Below are positions 57,621-64,000 of a stretch of DNA of 64,000 bases, one piece after another; position 1 is the stretch's first letter, and every line of letters starts with the position of its first letter. A program made the position numbers and the translations under genes. The notes under the pieces are model-generated. The model did no database searches. It was not told where the DNA came from and saw only the letters and a program-made list of their open reading frames with translations. The stretch is from the NCBI GenBank assembly GCA_029979005.1, contig JAPOIJ010000002.1, forward strand, positions 2,302 through 66,301. The letters run 5' to 3'. Origin of the DNA: Planctomycetota bacterium. GTDB taxonomy: Bacteria; Planctomycetota; Planctomycetia; Pirellulales; Pirellulaceae.

Positions 57621-59027
57621 CTAGTTTGTGGTATTCGTTGGCGAATCGGCATTCGTATTGAGCGACCTTGGTTCGATAATCGGGTATGAATCGTCCAGTT
57701 TGTTTTTCCGTTTGCCCATTTTTTCCATTAAACCGAGCATCTTCTGACGAACGCGTACAATCGGGCCTGCAATCGGGTGTTTTTCGATTTGTTCGAATAT
57801 TTGGTGGGCTTCCTCTAATTCAGCGCGGAGTTGCGATTGCTCCGATTGAAGATGGGAGATTTCTCTACGAGAGTGAGCGAGTTGCGATTGAATTTCGATC
57901 AGTTGTTTTTGCTTAAATTCAGTGGCGTCTGGAAAGATTTGCCAATGGGAAAACAGGGGTGTTGATGTTTCGGCGGGCTTTAAAATGGCATTTGGAAAAG
58001 AGAGAGAATTCTCCTCCAATCTTTGCGAGTCATTTATTTGTTGCGCTGTTATCACCAACATTTGCTCGACGAGATCGACAAACCGGTCTGTGGCCTTGGT
58101 AGCATTTTGTAACGCGTCGCAAAGTTGTGTCTGTTGGTAGAAGAGATGCTCGGGTGTCGGTTGGGCTAGTTGGGCAACGATCGATGGAATTTGATGGGCA
58201 GCTGAGATTGTCCAGCCTGCGTTTACGTATCGCGGGCAGTTGTGATAATCCAGTAATGCCGTCGGGATACCAAGACGCATGGATTCGAGCATGGCCGTGG
58301 AGGCGGTTGTGATCACTGCGTCTACTTGAGTGAGCGTTTGGTTTAATTCTTTGCCAGTGAGGTCGTTTAATTCGTTGGTGACATTCAGTTCGTTCTCCAG
58401 GCCTCCGGTCAGTCTCCAGATAATTTTTACGTCTAGCGAATCTGTTGTAGTTGAGTGGTCTGCCAAGTCGAGCTTTGGATTATCGGTGGCCCATTTTTTG
58501 AAGTCTTGCAGGCTTTGTTTAACGGCATCGATTTGGGTAGGAGTGAATCCAGGAGTTTTGGCTGTCATTACCAGAATTCGAAACTCTCGATCGGTGCGGG
58601 GAGAGTTGGGCTGCGCGGGGATAGCGTCAAGGCGAGGGATTCCTACTACTTCTGTTTTCCCTGTATTGCCCCACTGGTTGAGAATATGGGCTTGGGAATT
58701 ACCAATGCAGGCTGCCTTATGAGCTAGTATTGGTCGCATGGTGTACGGGCAAGCTACTTCGTCGGGCAGGTTGTCCCATGCATTCCGCCATTCGAGGATA
58801 CCATCGATCAAATACAGCGTTGCTACATTATTACGTTTCAATTCCGTGCAGCACTCTCGAAATCGGTCAAAGTGCTCGGAGTAAAAAATTGCGAGATCGC
58901 CGGGCTTGGCTCGCTCCATAACCTCCGATGGAGCGGCAATCTCGATGTTTAGCCGTTCTTTGAAGGGGGCGGCATGGTGGGAGACCTCGGAAGGTTTGCC
59001 GACAAAATATACCGAGGGTTCATGCAT
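57621..59027 (-). CDS. Hypothetical protein, possible GT-B fold with C-terminal coiled coil
   Basis: Clean 468 aa ORF in the glycosyltransferase cluster; VVGIPRLD, DAVITTASTAMLESMRLGIP; heptad-rich C-terminus. Confidence 0.55.
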   Translation of the reverse strand: MHEPSVYFVGKPSEVSHHAAPFKERLNIEIAAPSEVMERAKPGDLAIFYSEHFDRFRECCTELKRNNVATLYLIDGILEWRNAWDNLPDEVACPYTMRPILAHKAACIGNSQAHILNQWGNTGKTEVVGIPRLDAIPAQPNSPRTDREFRILVMTAKTPGFTPTQIDAVKQSLQDFKKWATDNPKLDLADHSTTTDSLDVKIIWRLTGGLENELNVTNELNDLTGKELNQTLTQVDAVITTASTAMLESMRLGIPTALLDYHNCPRYVNAGWTISAAHQIPSIVAQLAQPTPEHLFYQQTQLCDALQNATKATDRFVDLVEQMLVITAQQINDSQRLEENSLSFPNAILKPAETSTPLFSHWQIFPDATEFKQKQLIEIQSQLAHSRREISHLQSEQSQLRAELEEAHQIFEQIEKHPIAGPIVRVRQKMLGLMEKMGKRKNKLDDSYPIIEPRSLNTNADSPTNTTN

Positions 59028-59091
59028 GATTAATAAAGAAAAGAGTGGGAATTGAATTTTTCGGAATTGAAATTTACGGAAATCGTTTGAC

Positions 59092-60036
59092 TTAATCGAG
59101 TTTTAAAAAAAGACCGTCTTTCCGGGAGCAGAGTCGGAAAAGAGTTTCTTCATCGGTGCTGATCGGGAGCGAATGGACGCTGCCGTCTCCGAACGCAAAA
59201 TTAACGACCCCGACATGTCCACTACCGAAGATTGGGTATTCGCCGGGAGACAAAACCAGAGTACGGCTTGTTGCTAATCCCATTGCAATTCCTCCAATGC
59301 GCATGAATGTCTCTGGTTCATCGCCATTGTAGATCGAACCGTCACCCCAGCCTTGTGATTTTAATTCCCCGTAGGTGCTGACGTATTTTTCGCCGATGAA
59401 AATTGTGTTAGATAAACCATCTGTGATTTCAGCATGTCCATATCGGCCTCGTTCGGTACCTGTAAGCTTTCCATTGACAACAGGGTTTTGACTTGCCAGA
59501 CCTGAGTTGAAAACGCCGTCAACAGGGTCTTGGAACTTCGCCCAGACATCGAAAGGGAAGAAACGAGGAGTGCCGGCGTTTCCTGCGTAGTCTCCAATTG
59601 CTCCGGGAGGGCCTTTGGATTCACTAATGCTTACATTAGCTCGTCTTGGCCGTGCCGGACATAGCATGACTGGCATCGTTTTTTTAACCAGTTCCGGATC
59701 TTGAAATTGGTATTTTTCTTGAATCTTGAACTGGTCAAAGAGATTGTTCATTTCCAGGAACGGCATGAGGTAAACCGGCCAGGTTAAGAATTCATCTGCA
59801 GCCCGCGAAGGCGGGTAGAGTTGTTTAGCAGATTCGTAGTTATGAATAGCGAGGGCAACCTGATGGAGATTGTTTTGGCAGGCCGTTCGTCGTGCTGCTT
59901 CACGTACCATTTGAACCGCTGGTAGGAGCATTCCGATTAAGGTGCCGATAATTGCGATGACGACTAATAGTTCGACCAATGTGAAGCCGTGTTTGCGGTT
60001 CATACGTGGGCTCGGAGATAACGGGGAATCGCTCAT
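59092..60036 (-). CDS. DUF1559 family prepilin-type protein (planctomycete-typical)
   Basis: [41 protein letters not shown]; [11 protein letters not shown]; H-X9-DG motif [12 protein letters not shown]. Confidence 0.95.
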   Translation of the reverse strand: MSDSPLSPSPRMNRKHGFTLVELLVVIAIIGTLIGMLLPAVQMVREAARRTACQNNLHQVALAIHNYESAKQLYPPSRAADEFLTWPVYLMPFLEMNNLFDQFKIQEKYQFQDPELVKKTMPVMLCPARPRRANVSISESKGPPGAIGDYAGNAGTPRFFPFDVWAKFQDPVDGVFNSGLASQNPVVNGKLTGTERGRYGHAEITDGLSNTIFIGEKYVSTYGELKSQGWGDGSIYNGDEPETFMRIGGIAMGLATSRTLVLSPGEYPIFGSGHVGVVNFAFGDGSVHSLPISTDEETLFRLCSRKDGLFLKLD

Positions 60037-60144
60037 GATCTATTATGACGCACGTTAAGAAGGACTGTTCCCATAAGGATAGGAATTTGATCGAAATTCC
60101 AATCCCAGAAGGTTGCAGGTTTTCGAGGTTAAGGCGATCGAACC

Positions 60145-61545
60145 CTATTTTTTGCGGCTTAACGCGTTATTTAGCTCGGAATAAACTTCTTGATCCGAAA
60201 ATCCCGTTTGAGACAGTTTTGCGGCAGCGTTTTGAAGAGAGCTTCGCTTAGACGGAGTTTGGGCAATTTCGACCAGACAGTTGACCCAGTCTTCGGGGGA
60301 GTCGCAGATTATCAAAGACTCGCCTGATCCGGCCGGAAATCCTTCCATGCCAATGGTGGTTGTGACCAGCGGTTTGCCGAAAAACACTGCCTCGCAATTT
60401 TTAATTTTTAGACCTGTGCCGAACTCAACCGGATTAATCGCGACATCAATTTGGTGGTAAAAATCAGCCAGCTCACTGACACAGCCGAGACTTGAAATAT
60501 TGTTGTATTCTTGAAAAAGATCTGGAAAGGATTGGGAGATTTCATGGCAGATCACGCCGGCAATGACTAATCGAATCTCGCATTGTTCGGAAATGGGATT
60601 CCATGATTGTTTGATGAAATTAGTGAATGATTGAAGATTAGATGCATTGGCTGAGGCGAGGTAGCCAACGGTGAGGATCTCGGAGGTCTCACGGTGTTTT
60701 AAGGGAGGCTTAATTCGACTTGGGGCGTGTCCGCAAACCAACACGTTGCGCTCCGGCGCCAAGTCACGAAATACGAGTGCTTCCTCATCTTGAATCGCAA
60801 GAATTGTATCGAAGAGTTGGACCGCTTGAGTTTCTTCTTCTCGGCTGATGTTGATCCAGTGAACCAGCCCCCGTTCCTGGAATTGTTTATTGCGTAGGTG
60901 GAGGACATCGTGAGTGTCGAGAAGGCAATGGATTTGTTTTCTTTGGCTGGCAGTCAAGGCTTCTAAGAGATAACTCAGTTTAACGTATTCGATAATGATC
61001 GAATCTGGTGCGAACGAGTTGATCGAATCCCGGAAGGCTTTGATTGCCCAAGGCCATCGATAATCAGCGAGAGTCGTTGATAATCCAGTTGGGTTATTTG
61101 CGTCTTGACTGGGATCTTGTGCGCGTGACGATTGATGATGTTCGGTTTGCTTGGTTCCAAAACGATTTTTAATCGCTTTCAAGTGCCAGCCGAATTTTTG
61201 GTGAAATTGACGAGGTGGATCGCTGGATCGTTGAAACTCAATGTCGAGTTTTTGTCTACAAATAATTTCCTCGTCTTCTTCCGTGATTTTTGATTCGCCT
61301 TGATTGGATTCTGTTGCTGGACATAGGAAGAAAATTCGGATTCGGTATCCTGATTGACTTAAAAAATCTACTAAGCTGGCAATTCGTTGCTCGGCGCCGG
61401 TCGTTCGTCGCCAGAACGGCAAATCAGTTGCGAGCAATATGCGGTGCGGAGTCAAGAGAATACCGAAGTGTGAGAAAGTGAGTTGAAGAGTGCGTGGGTG
61501 TTTCGCCGGTAACCAAAGTTTATCGAGGCGTGCTGTGGTTAACAA
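60145..61545 (-). CDS. Glycosyltransferase family 4 (GT-B); start uncertain
   Basis: LDTHDVLH, DVAINPVEFGTGLKIKNCEAVFFGKPLVTT..GMEG. Confidence 0.82.
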   Translation of the reverse strand: MLTTARLDKLWLPAKHPRTLQLTFSHFGILLTPHRILLATDLPFWRRTTGAEQRIASLVDFLSQSGYRIRIFFLCPATESNQGESKITEEDEEIICRQKLDIEFQRSSDPPRQFHQKFGWHLKAIKNRFGTKQTEHHQSSRAQDPSQDANNPTGLSTTLADYRWPWAIKAFRDSINSFAPDSIIIEYVKLSYLLEALTASQRKQIHCLLDTHDVLHLRNKQFQERGLVHWINISREEETQAVQLFDTILAIQDEEALVFRDLAPERNVLVCGHAPSRIKPPLKHRETSEILTVGYLASANASNLQSFTNFIKQSWNPISEQCEIRLVIAGVICHEISQSFPDLFQEYNNISSLGCVSELADFYHQIDVAINPVEFGTGLKIKNCEAVFFGKPLVTTTIGMEGFPAGSGESLIICDSPEDWVNCLVEIAQTPSKRSSLQNAAAKLSQTGFSDQEVYSELNNALSRKK

Positions 61546-61641
61546 CTTTATTCCGAAATTGACAAGGCGGGTTGTTAAAGAAGGGGTTCAATAGAAAATA
61601 GAAATTTCAACATTGAGCGTTTCACTACGAGGTAGAGAACT

Positions 61642-62676
61642 TTGAAATCATATCAACCCGACACGAACCGTTACGATGGCCGCATGGTTTACAGACGATG
61701 TGGTCGGTCAGGACTGAAGTTACCAGCGGTAACGCTTGGCTGTTGGCATAATTTTGGCGGTGATGCTCCGACTGAGAATCAGCGCCAGATGATCTATACG
61801 GCGTTTGATGCCGGTATTACCCATTTCGATTTGGCGAATAATTACGGTCCTCCCTACGGAAGTGCTGAGAAAAATGTTGGTCAAATATTGAAGGACCTGC
61901 CAAGAGATGAAATTTTGATTTCTTCAAAGGCCGGTTACGATATGTGGCCCGGGCCTTACGGTGAATGGGGATCGCGTAAATACTTACTGGCCAGCCTCGA
62001 CCAATCATTGCAGCGGGTCGGGGTCGATTATTTTGATATTTTCTATAGCCATCGCTTCGATCCCGAGACGCCTTTGGAGGAAACACTGGGGGCATTGAAC
62101 ACGGCGGTACAACAAGGCAAAGCGTTGTACGTTGGGATTTCCAGTTACTCAACTCAGCAAACTAAGGAAGCAGTGGAGATTTGCCGGTCTAACGGTTGGG
62201 AGCGACTGTTGATTCACCAACCGAATTATTCTTTATTCAACCGCTGGATCGAGGACCGGCTCGCGGCTGCTTGTGAGGAGAACGGGATGGGGATGATTGC
62301 GTTCTGTCCACTCTATCAGGGCCTGCTTACGGATAAATATTTATCTGAAATACCGGATGGTTCTCGCGCTGTGAATTCTCCCGGTACTCTGCGACCTGAG
62401 GAGTTGCGAGATGAGGTTTTGGAGGTGGTTTCAGGTTTGAATACAGTTGCATTAAATCGAGGGCAATCGCTTGCTCAGATGGCTCTGGCGTGGATATTGA
62501 GGTTGCCGCAAATTACAAGTGTGCTTTGCGGAGCGAGTCGCCCTGAGCAAATATTAGAAAACTGTGCCGCGCTAGAGAATTTGCATTTCTCTGATGAAGA
62601 AATTAGAGAGATCGATGACTTAACGAACACGGTTGAGTTGCCTGCTTCGCTTTGGGCAAAGGAAAATGATAGCTAG
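61642..62676 (+). CDS. Aldo/keto reductase, YghZ/MgrA-like
   Basis: YRRCGRSGLKLPAVTLG.W, GITHFDLANNYGPPYGSAE, ISSKAGY, YFDIFYSHR, IHQPNYS. Confidence 0.92.
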   Translation: MKSYQPDTNRYDGRMVYRRCGRSGLKLPAVTLGCWHNFGGDAPTENQRQMIYTAFDAGITHFDLANNYGPPYGSAEKNVGQILKDLPRDEILISSKAGYDMWPGPYGEWGSRKYLLASLDQSLQRVGVDYFDIFYSHRFDPETPLEETLGALNTAVQQGKALYVGISSYSTQQTKEAVEICRSNGWERLLIHQPNYSLFNRWIEDRLAAACEENGMGMIAFCPLYQGLLTDKYLSEIPDGSRAVNSPGTLRPEELRDEVLEVVSGLNTVALNRGQSLAQMALAWILRLPQITSVLCGASRPEQILENCAALENLHFSDEEIREIDDLTNTVELPASLWAKENDS

Positions 62677-62737
62677 ATCGGTAGACCCCATTCAACTCGT
62701 TTTGAATATGAGCCTTTATTGATTCCTTGGAGGTAAC

Positions 62738-63094
62738 ATGGAAGAGAAGCCAATGGTGCGGTTGTTGGTTGCTGAAACTGAGGTTGATGCGGGTTTTTAC
62801 AAAGCAGCACTCGAGGGAAATGGAATCACCGTTTTTGTCAGTGGTATGGCGGGATCGGCATTCGGAGCAGCATTAGATGGCCCTGATGAGATTGAAATAA
62901 TCGTCTATCAAAAGGACCTAGAAGCCTCGCGGGCGATCATTGCGGAGTTGGACGCGGAGCCAGACGAAGAAATTCCCGCTTGGAATTGTACGTGCGGTGT
63001 CGAAGTTGACGAAGGATTTGGTGTTTGTTGGTCTTGCGGTGGGGAGTACGATGCTGGTGCGAATTCGCATAATAGCGACAACACTCCAGACTGA
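62738..63094 (+). CDS. DUF2007 (putative signal-transducing) protein with C-terminal zinc finger
   Basis: A...K.ALEGNGI.VFV, EIIVYQKDLEASRAII; C-terminal WNCTCG-x7-VCWSCG. Confidence 0.7.
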   Translation: MEEKPMVRLLVAETEVDAGFYKAALEGNGITVFVSGMAGSAFGAALDGPDEIEIIVYQKDLEASRAIIAELDAEPDEEIPAWNCTCGVEVDEGFGVCWSCGGEYDAGANSHNSDNTPD

Positions 63095-63128
63095 GAAAAT
63101 GACTTTTAACTTTTTGATTGTTGAATGA

Positions 63129-64000
63129 ATGGCAAAGAAAAAACCTAAACGACGAACAGGCTTTCCGCCTGCGGTTGAGACGCAAACAGCCCCCAAAACA
63201 ATTAGCAGTACTGGCCAGCGTCCGATGCGTTGGGGCTTAATAGTGTTGTTTTTAGCTATTTCTGTCGGCGGTACCTATCTTGCTGTATGGCTTCGGCAAA
63301 ACGATAACTCGCCCCGTTATACATTTAAGATAATTAAGAAATATCCCCATGATGAGAAAGCGTTTACGCAGGGGCTTTTATTCCATGATGGGTTTTTGTG
63401 GGAAAGTACGGGACGCTATGGAGAATCAACGGTTCGGAAGATAGATCTTGAATCTGGTGAGATCCTTCAACGACATGAACTTGATAATAATTTGTTCGGC
63501 GAGGGGATGGTGCAGTATGGAAATCGCCTAATTCAGCTAACTTGGAAAGCTGGAAAGGCTTTGGTCTATGACATGGACTTAAACCCAATTGAAGAATTTA
63601 GTTACCCGGGGGAAGGGTGGGGACTGGCGACCAACGGTAATGAATTAATTCTGAGTGACGGCAGTTCAGTTTTGAAATTTATTGACCCCGATACTTTTGA
63701 AATTAAAAAATCTCTTCGTGTTTTACGTGAGGGTGGTGTCTATGTGGGGCAGCTTAACGAATTGGAGTATGCCGGCGGGAAGATCTATGCCAATCGATAT
63801 CAGACCGATGTCGTTTATGAAATCGATATTAACACTGGAAATGTCGTTGGCATCATTGACCTTGCGGGGTTGTGGCCAATGAGAGAACGCCCTGCCGACG
63901 GTGTTCTTAACGGGATTGCCGTCACTCAGGACATGCCACCGAGAATGTTGGTAACGGGAAAGCTGTGTCCGTTTATCTATGAGATTGAATTGGTTCGAAT
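63129..64000 (+). CDS. Glutaminyl-peptide cyclotransferase (3' partial; absent from the ORF track because no stop lies in the window)
   Basis: Hand translation from ATG 63129: MAKKKPKRR..TM..YPHDEKAFTQGLLFHDGFLWESTGRYGES, FGEG, QLTWK, EGWGL, LNELEY, VLNGIA, VTGKL. Confidence 0.92.
   Translation, partial: MAKKKPKRRTGFPPAVETQTAPKTISSTGQRPMRWGLIVLFLAISVGGTYLAVWLRQNDNSPRYTFKIIKKYPHDEKAFTQGLLFHDGFLWESTGRYGESTVRKIDLESGEILQRHELDNNLFGEGMVQYGNRLIQLTWKAGKALVYDMDLNPIEEFSYPGEGWGLATNGNELILSDGSSVLKFIDPDTFEIKKSLRVLREGGVYVGQLNELEYAGGKIYANRYQTDVVYEIDINTGNVVGIIDLAGLWPMRERPADGVLNGIAVTQDMPPRMLVTGKLCPFIYEIELVR

Noticed and set aside
1-64000. tRNA, rRNA, prophage, IS elements, defence systems and Sec machinery
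   Set aside because: None recognised by eye on either strand. A tRNA or covariance-model scan would be needed to exclude divergent small RNAs.

Overview
A 64 kb, gene-dense, largely core-genome window from a planctomycete, probably Pirellulales. The assignment rests on DUF1559 (prepilin-like with H-X9-DG), DUF1549/DUF1553 + DUF1501, planctomycete-type STAS proteins and SpoVG. It uses the standard genetic code. No rRNA, tRNA, CRISPR array, prophage or IS element was recognised. Contents in order: end of an HtrA-like gene; a Tat-exported GMC oxidoreductase; SRP RNA-dnaX-ybaB-recR; rpoN; a seven-gene RDD/SpoIIM/DUF4129/DUF4350/MoxR/DUF58 operon; an MnmE-like GTPase, coaX, obgE, rpmA; spoVG, ispE, DUF368; STAS/RsbW partner-switch genes; an MfnD-like ATP-grasp ligase; an LplT-Aas fusion; sialate O-acetylesterase, xth, dprA, glgX, purM; a DsbD cassette; lpxI-lpxD; DUF1549/1553-DUF1501; a GGQ release-factor-like gene; a Ser/Thr kinase; PhyH, aroB; a glycosyltransferase cluster; an aldo-keto reductase, DUF2007 and a glutaminyl cyclase running off the end. 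Three signals are not visible in the ORF track. (1) The DsbD ORF does not really end at the TGA at 39269-39271: that codon occupies the first Cys position of the thioredoxin motif (W-U-P-T-C), the frame stays open for 93 more DsbD-like codons, and a SECIS-like hairpin follows, so this is a probable selenoprotein. (2) A perfect sigma-54 promoter at 48966-48981 (minus) is followed by about 100 nt of hairpin RNA and a strong terminator, a candidate sigma-54 small RNA or attenuator upstream of the DUF1549/1553-DUF1501 genes. (3) An A9 run near codon 418 of dnaX has stops a few codons later in both shifted frames, suggesting tau/gamma recoding. Start codons are my best judgement and family names come from motif recognition, not database searches.
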